Position numbers and translations under genes: made by a program | Origin: Octopus bimaculoides | Lineage: Eukaryota | Assembly (NCBI RefSeq): GCF_001194135.2 | Contig: NC_068989.1 | Coordinates: forward strand, 35,507,829 to 35,539,909 | DNA: 32,081 bases | Reading direction: 5' to 3' | Notes under the pieces: generated by a model | Told to the model about the DNA's origin: nothing | The model's database searches: none | What the model saw: only the letters and a program-made list of their open reading frames with translations | Shown: one piece after another, positions 1-9,599 of the stretch | How the letters are laid out: the number at the start of each line of letters is the position of its first letter | Numbering within the stretch: position 1 is the first letter of the stretch

Positions 1-189
1 ATCACACCACACAACACCACCACACCACAACACAACATACCACACATCACCACACAACACACAACACAACACACAACACACCACAACCCACCACCCTGCA
101 CACACTAGCATTGACCACTTCCTAGCACCCACTCCACACACCACCACACCACATCACTCTGCACACACCAGCACTGACCACTTCCCAGC

Positions 190-365
190 ACCACTAATGT
201 TGCCTGAACAGGTGCATGGTGTACCATGCATCAGGTGTCAAAGTGACCACAGAGCAATGTGAGATGAAGTGTATTGCTCAAGAACACAATGCACCACCCA
301 GTTTAGGAACTGAAATTATGATATAGCAATTATGAGTGCAACACCCTAACCATCAGGCCATGCAG
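190..365 (-). mobile_element. tRNA-headed SINE, family S1
   Basis: Reverse complement GCATGGCC.GATGGTTAGGGTGTT...GTGTTCTTGAGCAA.ACACTTCATCTCAC matches 21612-21880 (+), 25517-25620 (+) and 30680-30995 (-). Confidence 0.7.
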
Positions 366-569
366 CTAGTGGTTAGGGTATACACACACACACACACACA
401 TGTGTGCGTGTGCATGCGTGTGTATGTGTGTGTAGATATATGTATGTATGTATTTGGTGAGAGAGAAAGCGTCTTCATTTTAGATTATTCCTATAAATAA
501 TATTTATTTAAAACTCCTACATGAAATAACTGCTCATGAATAATCCTAAAAATTGTCTTCTCTTTTAAG

Positions 570-687
570 CTGGTAATATTAAACCAATCAAAGATCATGA
601 CCTGGAGATTATACCTGAGAAAACATACCAACGACTGAAAGGAACTGTTGATCCTGAGGTTGCCATGGGTGTTTTGAATTTTGACAA
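570..687 (+). CDS. AGL: Glycogen debranching enzyme, internal exon 1 in window (..GNIKPIKDHDLEIIPEKTYQRLKGTVDPEVAMGVLNFD K)
   Basis: Acceptor TCTTTTAAG| at 569 and donor |GTAAGT at 688; 118 nt, phase 1 in, phase 2 out. Resembles human AGL HLTIIQDPEYRRFGCTVD (recalled). Joins in frame to the 4215 exon (AA+G = Lys). Confidence 0.85.
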
Positions 688-759
688 GTAAGTAATTGCA
701 TTAGATCTTTGCATTATATCACAAAGTTTTTAGGTTGCTAAGTAAATGGTCAATCATCA

Positions 760-1058
760 TCATCATCATCATCATTATCATCATCATGGGTGAGACTGTT
801 TGAATGGAGATAGAAAACAGGAGTGCTGCACCAGGCTCCAATCTGTTTTGGTTTGGTTTCTACAGCTGGATGCCCTTCCTAACTACTCCACAGAGTGTAC
901 TGGGTACCTTTTATGTGTCACTGGCACAGCTGTCTTTTATGTGTCACTGGCATGGATACATCTTACATGCCACTGGCACATGCCACTGGCACATGCCACT
1001 GGCACATGCCACTGGCACTAGGCTACAACCACAATTTCACTTTGACATGTCTTCTCAA
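760..1058 (-). mobile_element. 3' tail of an RTE-type LINE, left part, interrupted by the PLE
   Basis: Reverse complement of the tail motif GCACxTAAAAGxACCCAxTACACTC...AGGAAGGGCATCCAGCTGTAGAAAC with an (ATG)n end; continues after the TSD at 2160. Confidence 0.7.
968..1019. repeat. Tandem 13-bp unit TGCCACTGGCACA x4
   Basis: Four consecutive units at 968, 981, 994 and 1007; each contains the inverted pair TGCCA-C-TGGCA. Confidence 0.9.
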
Positions 1059-1219
1059 TACAGTTCTATATTTAAGAGATGAGGAATTATGTACATTATT
1101 TACATTATTTACAATTGACAGATATTTGCCCTCATCTTGTTTGTTGTTAACACAATGTTTGGGGAAATTTCGAACCTGGGTTCTCATTCCTAAGGTATTT
1201 TCCGATGTTGTTGTTGTTA

Positions 1220-1256
<37 letters not shown>

Positions 1257-2159
1257 CATTATTATTATCATTATTATTATTCAGGTCACTGCCTGGAATC
1301 AAACTCAGAATCTTGGGGTTAGTAGCCCACACTCTTAACCACTACATCATATGCCTGTGGGCAATTATGGAGTGAATTTTAGGGCTTATAAATCTAATTT
1401 TCTCCTATCCTTCCTTAATACTGGTTCCCATATACTGTTCATATCTGTACTCAGTCTGCTTAGGTGGTTGTTGTGTCCTAGCATATGTGCTACTTCTTTT
1501 AGTTTTCGTATTTTCCAGTGGTGTTCTCTGTCTATTATTTTAACTTCATCCCTCAGGGGAAGGTGGTCTCCATTTTTCCATACATGATCAGCTATACCCA
1601 ATTTATCAATATCTCCTCATGTCACAGCTTTGCGATGTTCATCTACCCTTATTTTGAGTGTGTGGCATGTTTCGCCTTTTTATAACCTACCACAGCTGCA
1701 TGGGATGGAGTACACGCAGTCTTTGGTCATATTCTCTTCTATTGGTGGTTTTACTCGAAGGAGATATTTGCGAAATGTTGTAATACTGTCCTGATGTCAT
1801 ATGGGCAGCATATCTTTTGTATCTTTTTGGAGAGGCCTTTCACATAGGGTAGACAGACAGTGGACAGTTTATCGGTTTCATCCTCTCTTTTCTTCATAAT
1901 TGGAGTGGAGAGTATGCTTTTGGGGTAGTTGTTGCTTAATAGTTGTTGGTGGGGCCAGAATATGAAGGTGTCATCAACATATTGCAGCCTCAGGGTTGGT
2001 TTTAATAACAACATCAAAAAATACCTTAGGAATGAGAACCCAGGTTTGAAATTTCCCCAAGACACCTGATGAAGGTTGGAGGGTGTATCAGCTGAAACGT
2101 GTTAACAACAAACAAGATGCGGACAAATATCCGTCAATTGTAAATAATGTAAATAGTGT
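1059..2159 (-). mobile_element. Penelope-like retroelement (PLE) remnant: RT fragment, GIY-YIG endonuclease and 3' terminal module, with an inverted partial terminal module at the other end
   Basis: Minus-strand translation LQYVDDTFIFW (RT), LPYVKGLSKKIQKIC, VYSIPCSCGRL*KGETCHTLKIRVDEHRK (GIY-YIG), IADHVWK...EVKIIDREHHWKIRKLKE, with stop at 1386-1388. Flanked by the 14-bp direct repeat ACATGTCTTCTCAA (1045-1058, 2160-2173). Confidence 0.88.
2062..2105 (+). ncRNA. Third copy of the hammerhead-like motif, decayed
   Basis: ACAC-CTGATGA-A-GGTTG..CAGCT-GAAAC-GTGTT: stem II is retained through G-U pairs, and 3 nt are lost at the cleavage site compared with 9228-9239. Confidence 0.45.
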
Positions 2160-2380
2160 ACATGTCTTCTCAAGCACAGCAATTCACCAGAAGTTCCAGT
2201 AACTTGTCATTGCCTCTGTGAAACTCAATATCTGAAGATCACATTTTATGACTTCATCCTGCGTCTTTCTGGGTCTACCTTTTTCACAGTTTCCTTCCAC
2301 AGTTCAAGATTGGCATTTATTTATGCATCACATGACCCTACCAGTGCTGTCTTCTCTCCTGTACATACTAGTCTCTAAAA
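2160..2380 (-). mobile_element. RTE-type LINE ORF C-terminal fragment, right part of the interrupted copy
   Basis: Minus-strand remnants GHVMH...GRPRKTQDEVIKCDLQILSFTEAMT...AVLEKT parallel the RTE C-terminus at 12270-12560. Confidence 0.72.
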
Positions 2381-2840
2381 TTTCACATGTAATTTATTGA
2401 ATGCTTTTGTATATTTTTAATAACTGTCAGTTGATGACAGACCTGATTATAAAATGTCAGCAGTCATGTTCTAATGTGAAACAAGGCATTAGATTAAATC
2501 TGCTATACTAGAACAGGAAGGGTTCCTTCAATGACCCTCCATACAGTTTTCATCTTAGCTTCATTGACAATGCTGTGGGTGATCCCAGAGTTAAGGTGAA
2601 GCACAATTACCCAAGCCATTGTGCAGAGGGATTGAAACCTGAATGACTTAATTCAATACATACATATCTGTACCATGTTGTGTCCTTTGGAAAATGAAAT
2701 ACATAACTTTCAATTGTCCAAGCTGCCTCATTGTATAATGAGTAATACAGCTGACTACTGGTTATGTATTTCTCTCTCTTACACACACACACACACACTC
2801 ACTCACTCACTCTGTTGATTGATATATATATATATATATA

Positions 2841-3340
2841 NNNNNNNNNNNNNNNNNNNNNNNNNNNNNNNNNNNNNNNNNNNNNNNNNNNNNNNNNNNN
2901 NNNNNNNNNNNNNNNNNNNNNNNNNNNNNNNNNNNNNNNNNNNNNNNNNNNNNNNNNNNNNNNNNNNNNNNNNNNNNNNNNNNNNNNNNNNNNNNNNNNN
3001 NNNNNNNNNNNNNNNNNNNNNNNNNNNNNNNNNNNNNNNNNNNNNNNNNNNNNNNNNNNNNNNNNNNNNNNNNNNNNNNNNNNNNNNNNNNNNNNNNNNN
3101 NNNNNNNNNNNNNNNNNNNNNNNNNNNNNNNNNNNNNNNNNNNNNNNNNNNNNNNNNNNNNNNNNNNNNNNNNNNNNNNNNNNNNNNNNNNNNNNNNNNN
3201 NNNNNNNNNNNNNNNNNNNNNNNNNNNNNNNNNNNNNNNNNNNNNNNNNNNNNNNNNNNNNNNNNNNNNNNNNNNNNNNNNNNNNNNNNNNNNNNNNNNN
3301 NNNNNNNNNNNNNNNNNNNNNNNNNNNNNNNNNNNNNNNN
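2841..3340. other. Assembly gap (500 N)
   Basis: Run of N next to (TA)n. Confidence 0.99.
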
Positions 3341-3499
3341 TTGAAGTGGCCGGCGAGTGAAGAGACATGGACAGTTTTATGACTGAACTTCTTTTGAAGT
3401 TGTGGTGAGAGGGGAGAATTGATGTGTGTGCGTATGTCTGTGTGTGTGTGAGTGTGTATGTTTGATGGGGTGTGCACTACAGAGAGAGTAATGTTGATG

Positions 3500-3577
<78 letters not shown>

Positions 3578-4214
3578 TAAATGAAATTTATCATTCAGTT
3601 TATTTATTTATTATGTATATATGTATGAATGGCTTCAGTGACACATACTCACATACACGCATGCAAGTTGTTTTAATCGATTTTCTTTGTAAGTATGGGG
3701 GCTAGGAAAAAAATAGGAAGCGCGTTCCAATCTATGCATCCGTCTCTACATGTGTGCCATTTTTCACATGAATCCACCCAGTCGTTTGGCCGTGAACCTC
3801 AAGACAAGAAAGAATACAACGGTCAGCCAACTTCAATTTATATTATAGTTATATATATATATATCATCATCATCATCATCATTTAATGTCCAATATCCAT
3901 GCTAGCATGGGTTGGATGGTTTCACTGGGGCTGGTAAGCTGGAAGGCTGCACCAGACTCCAGTCTGATTTGATCCCATCTGTAGCTGTATTCAGAGTGAT
4001 AAAGCCTACAACTGCTCAGTGGTATCTTTCTATAAGTAATTCTCAATAATCCAGCCTACTTAACTATATATGAGGTGATACACTGATACCTTGACCATCG
4101 TTTGAGTACCACTACATGCTTTCTATGCTAACCATATCTAGCTCTCACCTTTTGATTGTATATATATATGTATTTATTGTTACTTATACTATGTGTGATG
4201 TATATGTCTTGTAG

Positions 4215-4427
4215 GTCTGATATTGTTAATTTTGATAAACGACTGGAGGAATGCTGTCAAGTATTGCGAGAGAAACTCAACCAGAAGAACAAGGAGAAAC
4301 GCTCAGAAATCACTCAGCACATTGATGTGGCCATCAACAATTTCTTAGCCAATGTTCGTTACCGCTTCTTGGCGCCTGATGGACCTAAAATTCGAAGAGT
4401 CACAGCTGATGATTCTTTGATGCATGA
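4215..4427 (+). CDS. AGL: Glycogen debranching enzyme, exon 2 in window (SDIVNFDKRLEECCQVLREKLNQKNKEKRSEITQHIDVAINNFLANVRYRFLAPDGPKIRRVTADDSLMH D)
   Basis: TTGTAG| acceptor and |GTAAGT donor; 213 nt, phase 2/2. EECC and RFLAPDGPK match AGL EECC...ERLAGHGPKLGPVT (recalled). Confidence 0.92.
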
Positions 4428-4529
4428 GTAAGTTTTGATTTAATTTTATTTATTCATTTATTTTTACATTTTATAACCAAATGTAAGCCAGAAAAATTTA
4501 TATGAAGATCAGTCTATATAAACTATTTA

Positions 4530-4755
4530 GACTAACATTTTTGGTACCATCCTACATGGGATAGCCCCTGGCTCTAAAATTCTTGTTTTAACGTGATCTA
4601 AATTAAAACCTACCACTAAAATTTTATGTAAAAATTAACTCTCAAGCGCCAACTTAATAATGATTAAGTTATCTTACTAAATTCTTAAATATTAAAAAAA
4701 TTAATTGAAACAAAGTCAGAGTTTTTCAGCAGAACTATGTTAACAAAAAGATTTA
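4530..4755 (+). mobile_element. Degenerate copy of the TTAA MITE family
   Basis: Internal similarity (TGTTTTAACGTGATC, AATTAATTGAAACAAAG, TTTCAGCAGAA) to 26261-26488; the ends are eroded. Confidence 0.55.
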
Positions 4756-5093
4756 TATAGAATCTTTCAGATTAATTTATGTAAACCATTTAAATTTAGG
4801 CTATATTAATTTATGTAAGCTAAATGGAAAGATGATGATGATAATGATAACAAAATTTATTACACATATAGATTTAAAATCTATTCATTTACATAGATTG
4901 TATAAATTTAGGCTATAGAAAGATGACAATGCATACATAGGTTATATAGACAGTGCTTTCTTTAATTTTACTTTTTATATAAAGAGTGTTTATTTGTTTT
5001 GTAAGTTACATAAAATGATTAACTTTTATGTATTATTCTAGGTGAAATAAAGTTTAATGTCATGACTGTTTTGAGGTTAGGCTCTAATTAATT

Positions 5094-5530
5094 AAGGCAC
5101 AGGCATGGCTGTGTGATTAAGAAGTTTGCTTCCCAACACATGGCTTTGGGTTCTGTACCACAATGTGGCACCTTGGTTGTCTGTGTTCTGTTATAGCTCC
5201 AGGCCAGCCAAAGCTTTGTGAGTGGATTTGGTAGATGGAAACTGAAAGTAGCCCATCCTATGTCTGTGTGTAAGTATGTTTGTGGTTGTGTCATGTTAAC
5301 TTGGCATTGCATGATAGTTGTGAGTGTCAGTGTCATACAAGTAATGACTTTCATTTCCGTTATTCTATGAAAACATGTCTGGCCATGAGGAACAATTACT
5401 TTACTGGAAATAAGTGAAAATTGGTGACTGGAAGGGCATCCAGCTGTAGAACATCTGCCTCAATAAACTCCACCTAGCCTATGCAAGCATGAGAAAATAG
5501 GTATTAAAATGATGATGAATATGCTGGTGA
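5094..5530 (+). mobile_element. tRNA-headed SINE, family S2, with an internal (TG)n and a (GAT)n tail
   Basis: GCATGGCTGTGTG.TTAAGAAG.TTGCTTCCCAAC.ACATG...GTGAGTGGATTTGGTAGA.GGAAACTGAAAG recurs at 10451, 17565 (-), 18980 (-), 20760 (-), about 22470 (-) and about 24450 (-). Confidence 0.75.
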
Positions 5531-5883
5531 TGATGATGAAAGAAGAATCTTCAGCTTGTATATGGATATTTTATGGCCATTAGTAAGCTAATAGATGATC
5601 AGCCAAGGGGTTGTTGGTTTATATCCTTCCACTAGCACTGTGTGTGCAACCAGCAATTTTACAATGTCTCAGTCCATGTAAATGGCAGTAAAGTGGTACA
5701 ACTGAATGGAATGGCTCACATCTCTAAGTACACATCTGACTATGAAGGAGTGATGCTGGAGTTGTGAAATCTTGCATGCATTAATTTCAATTCTTCTTAT
5801 TAATAACTGCATTGTTTCTTTCCTGGTAAACTGACATCTGACTGTTCAAAGAAGACTTTAGAAGTAACTGGTAGCAAGTTCTC

Positions 5884-6931
5884 TTGAAAACTGACAAAAT
5901 TTGGCATCATGGTCTTATCAAGTGCCTTCAGAAAAGGGTTCTGCCCCCCAAGGACATTCATGCTGACATGGTTGCTACCTTATGGGATGATGCTTCAGCT
6001 TTATCAATAGTACAAAAGTAAGTGGGCAACTGAATTTAGAAGAGGACAGTCTGGATGTCCTGCAATGATCATACTGATGGATAACAGGCAACTAGCTATA
6101 AATCAAATAACCAATGTCATTAGTAATCCTCTGTGAGATTTGAAAATATTCTGTACAATGAACTTGGCATGACGAATGCTTTTGCTTGGTAAGTGCTATG
6201 TCTTCTGACATGTGATCAAAAGGTTGATCACATCACGAGAAAATCTGACATTGTTTGATGCAGATCCAGCTGGTTTCCTTGAAGTTTCCTAAGCCAGGAT
6301 GAATGTTGGGATTATCACTTTGAGTCAGTGACAAAGAGACAATCCATGCAATGGAAACAACTTTCCTCACCTGCTTCAAAGAAAGCCAAGGTCATTTCAT
6401 CTGCAGGGAAGGTGATGGCCTCAGTTTTTGGGGATGCAAAAGGCATTGTGTTAATTGACTATCTTCAAAAGGGCCACACCTTCAATGGAGTTTCTATGCC
6501 AACTTGCTGAGGCAGTTACAAAAGACTATCAAAACCAAACTACCAGGAAAACTGATGAGAGGCATCTTGTTTCACCAGGACAATGCTCCAGCAAACAGGT
6601 CCTTGGTTTCATTGGCCTGCTGTGCATGACTGTAGCTTTGAACTGGTTTATCACCCTCCCTATTTTGATTTGGCCTCATCTGACTATCATCTGTTTCCCA
6701 ACATGAAAAAACACTTGGCTGAAAACCAGTATCACAGTGATGATGACATCATATCTGCTGTTGAGGACATTTTTGATCAACAAGATGAAAGCTTCTTCAC
6801 CAATCAGATCCAAGCACTGCAATACTGATGGAAGAAGTGTGTGGACAGCAAGGTGTTGAAAAATAAACTTCATTTTTTCACATTCCATGAGAGTATCTTG
6901 GTCAGCCTATGAAGTTTTCAGCTAACCCACA
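5884..6931 (+). pseudogene. Decayed mariner (DD34D) transposase with the 3' TIR remnant
   Basis: Frameshifted remnants PKDIHADMVATL, W(V)LCLLTCDQK (WVPxxL-like), TKRQSMQWK...SAGKVMASVF, FHQDNAP, HPPY-DLASSDYHLFPNMKKHL, ending at TAA 6864-6866. GAAGTTTTCAGCTAACCCACATA near 6911-6933 resembles a mariner TIR. No clear 5' TIR. Confidence 0.88.
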
Positions 6932-7319
6932 TACCTTCCTAGATCATTCTGACCTATCATCTTTGATGTTCCAGCCATGACCATACCATCTGTTTTACAG
7001 ACATAATATATCTAGAAATGTAGCCTTCCTTTTTCAAAGTTGGTAGAGTGTTATCTGAGAGAGGTTTAGCTACTATTTCTAGCAGGTAAAGTGAGCACTT
7101 TAACTGCTACCCTCTAAACTAGACAAATGAGATATTGGGTTTGTATCTGTCTCTAAGTTTGGGCTCCGATGAAAAAAGCTAGTAATGCAGGTTCTACTAC
7201 AACTTCTATCAGCATTGCCACCCTAGAGGACTTTAAAAAATTAATGAAGAACATTTCTATTGACGTTACTTGTAGCTGGTTCTTTCAACTAAAAGTTTTT
7301 AATTCTCTCTCTTTATTAG

Positions 7320-7459
7320 CTATTTTGTTGTACCAGCTCATTTGGAGAGTTGTGTTCACAATGAAGAAAAGATGATTTTCTCTGACAATGCTAAGTTTGT
7401 GATGGCATGCAACGGATGGGTGATGGGTGACAACCCATTACGTAATTTTGCTGAAGCTG
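7320..7459 (+). CDS. AGL: Glycogen debranching enzyme, exon 3 in window ([47 protein letters not shown])
   Basis: CTTTATTAG| acceptor and |GTAAGT donor; 140 nt, phase 2/1. Contains the AGL motif NGWVMGDxPLRNFAE. Missed by the ORF track. Confidence 0.95.
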
Positions 7460-7689
7460 GTAAGTAAATGTCTTGTTCTCTCCTTTCTTCATGTCTCTTC
7501 TGGGCTCCTTTTTTTCATAGACACTCTTTGTTATCAACATACATACTTATCTGTTTGTCTGTCTGTCTATATTTCTATCTTTCAACATGTGTATCCATTC
7601 ATCTTACCATCCATCCAGCCATTCTGTCTGTTTGTCTGACTTTCTCCACCTAATCTTCTCATTCTATTACCTTTTCCACCTCCTCCCCC

Positions 7690-7851
7690 TCTCCTTCCAT
7701 GCTCTTTTGTTCTTTCTCTGGTATTTCTCTCTTTTTCTCTTTTTTATCCTCTTCTATCTCTCTCTCTTCTCTCTATCATTCCTTTTATCCTCTTCCACCC
7801 TCCTCAGTTTCTCTATTTTTTGTCTTATTGTCTCTTCCTCACTCTCACCTT

Positions 7852-7891
<40 letters not shown>

Positions 7892-8125
7892 ACCCCACAC
7901 TTTAGTTTCTTTCTCTTGACTCTATCTCTCTCACTCTGCTGCACCATAGTTTTTGTCTCTTTCTTTTTCTCTCTCTTTTTCTCTCTTTCTCTTGCTCCCT
8001 CACACCTTAGTTTCTGTCTCTTCCCTCTCTTTATCTCTCTCTCTCTCTCTCTCTTGCTCCCTCACACCTTTGTTTCCATCTATGTTTTTTTCTTTCTCTC
8101 TCTTTCACTCCTTTCCCTTCTGTAA
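7690..8125. repeat. TC-rich low-complexity tract upstream of AGL exon 4
   Basis: (CT)n runs with three copies of CTC.CTCACACCTT.GTTTC-like units near 7888, 7995 and 8055. Confidence 0.8.
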
Positions 8126-8142
8126 CCTTACTATACTTGCAG

Positions 8143-8330
8143 GCAGTCAGGTCTATATACGCCGTGAACTAATTGCCTGGGGAGACAGTGTTAAGCTGCG
8201 CTATGGTAAGCAACCTGAAGATTGTCCTTACCTCTGGAACTTCATGAAGCAATATACTGAGATTTCAGCTCGATTCGCTGATGCATTACGCTTGGATAAT
8301 TGCCATAGCACTCCAATGCATGTAGCAGAG
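8143..8330 (+). CDS. AGL: Glycogen debranching enzyme, exon 4 in window; transferase nucleophile motif RLDNCHSTP
   Basis: CTTGCAG| acceptor and |GTAGGT donor; 188 nt, phase 1/0. Translation [31 protein letters not shown]...[14 protein letters not shown]; catalytic Asp codon at 8295-8297. Confidence 0.97.
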
Positions 8331-8632
8331 GTAGGTAGATTTATTTTTTATTGTTCTTTATACATTGTTGTCACTGTTAAACACCACCACATCACCTTTT
8401 TCTATTCAACTTCTCATCTATCAGATTTTGACTGCTTTTTCCTCTTCTTATTCTTTTATGTTGTTTTTTTTCTTCTTCTGACACATTTCTATCTTTTCCA
8501 ATCATCTTCTTCCCTTTTACTTCCTTTATTTTCTCCTCTCTTTCAGCATCATCATCAACATCGGCATCAGCATTGACATCAGCATCATCTTCATTGTCAT
8601 TGTCATTGGTGTCCTTATTATCATCATCGTTG

Positions 8633-8829
8633 AAGGTTGGTGAGCTGGCAGAATCGTTAGCACACCAGGCAAAATGCTTAGCAGTATTTCATTGGTCATT
8701 ACATTCTGAGTTCAAATTCTACCGAGGTTGACTTTGCCTTTCATCCTTTCAAGTTCGATAAATTAAGTACCAATGAAACACTGGAGTTGATGTAATTGAC
8801 TTACCCCATCCCCCAAAACTTCTGGGCTT
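8633..8829 (+). mobile_element. SINE family S3, interrupted by the PLE inverted dimer and resuming at 9288-9320
   Basis: AAGG.TGGTGAGCTGGCAGAATCGTTAGCAC...GTTCTGAGTTCAAATTC..CCGAGGT.GACTTTGCCTTTCATCC. Other copies: 9600-9812 (-), 19168-19380 (+), 19735-19940 (+), about 27600-27850 (-), 31500-31712 (-), 31725-31940 (-). Confidence 0.78.
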
Positions 8830-8914
8830 ACAGTTCTATATTTAGGAGATGAGGAATTATGTACATATTTACATTATTTACATTTGACAGATATTTGTCC
8901 TCATCTTGTTGTTA

Positions 8915-8958
8915 ACTCAATGTTTCGGCTGATATACCCTCCAGCCTTCATCAGGTGT
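8915..8958 (-). ncRNA. Second copy of the same hammerhead-like motif, partly decayed
   Basis: Minus strand reads ACAC-CTGATGA-A-GGCTG..CAGCC-GAAAC-ATT-GAGT; the cleavage triplet and stem I carry substitutions. Confidence 0.5.
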
Positions 8959-9195
8959 CTTGGGGAAATTTCGAACCTGGGTTCTCATTCTTAAGGTATT
9001 TTTCGATGTTGTTGCTGTTGTTGTTGTTGTTGTTGTTCAGGTCACTGAATAATATGGCATAGTGGTTAAGAGCACAGGCTACTAACCCCAAAGATTCCGA
9101 GTTCAATTCCAGGCAGTGTTATAATAATAACAATAACAACAACAACATCAAAAAATACCTTAGGAATGAGAACCCAGGTTCAAAATTTCCCCAAC

Positions 9196-9239
9196 ACACC
9201 TGATGAAGGCTGGAGGGTATATCAGCCGAAACGTTGTGT
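9196..9239 (+). ncRNA. Minimal type I hammerhead ribozyme-like motif
   Basis: ACAC-CTGATGA-A-GGCTG[GAGGGTATAT]CAGCC-GAAAC-GTT-GTGT: stem I ACAC/GTGT, catalytic core, 5-bp stem II, palindromic AACGTT at stem III, and a GUU site. There is one extra A after the core. Confidence 0.68.
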
Positions 9240-9599
9240 CAACAACAAAGAAGATGAGGACAAATATCTGTCAAATGTAAATAATGTACTTCTGGGCTTG
9301 TGCCAAAATTTGAAAACCTTATTATTGTCATCATTATAGTAATTAACAGTTCAATGAATAAGCAATTGAATTTGATTAGGTGACTGATTAAAAAAAAATA
9401 ACAGTGTTGGTATGCTTCCAAATGTAGTTAACCTTAATGGTGGAATAAACAATAATCAATAATCAAATAATAATAATAAACAATCTTTGAGTAAAAGTGA
9501 GTAAAAATGAACAGAATATATCTCAAAATAGGAATTGAAATATTTAAAAGGAATAATAGGATTGCCAAATTAGGTATCTAAAAGTTGAGATTATAATCC

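Larger units (their letters stand above)
8830..9287. mobile_element. Inverted (tail-out) dimer of the PLE terminal module with no ORF
   Basis: 8830-9047 is the reverse complement of most of 9110-9287 plus extra tail, and both arms match the terminal module of the PLE at 1059-1350. Flanked by the 12-bp direct repeat ACTTCTGGGCTT (8818-8829, 9288-9299) inside a host SINE. Confidence 0.88.

Noticed and set aside
1-190. CA-rich ACCAC/ACAAC repeats as a structured element
   Set aside because: Low-complexity degenerate microsatellite with a short local duplication and no other supporting signal.
968-1019. CRISPR-like or regulatory array
   Set aside because: The units are directly adjacent with no spacers, the context is eukaryotic, and the motif derives from a LINE tail.
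1751-2065. N-terminus MSWGNFKPGFSFLRYFLMLL of the PLE ORF
   Set aside because: It is the antisense of the inverted terminal module (2004-2159). True PLE homology starts near KPTLRLQYVDD.
2764-3594. Long ORFs of 187-263 aa
   Set aside because: They are open only because they run through the 500-N gap and microsatellites.
7953-8576. 207-aa ORF as a complete gene
   Set aside because: Only 8143-8330 is coding (AGL exon). The rest is read-through of the TC tract and intron.
9050-9118. Functional tRNA gene
   Set aside because: A/B boxes and an anticodon-like loop are present, but I could not form a full acceptor stem, and the sequence is embedded in a repeated retroelement module.
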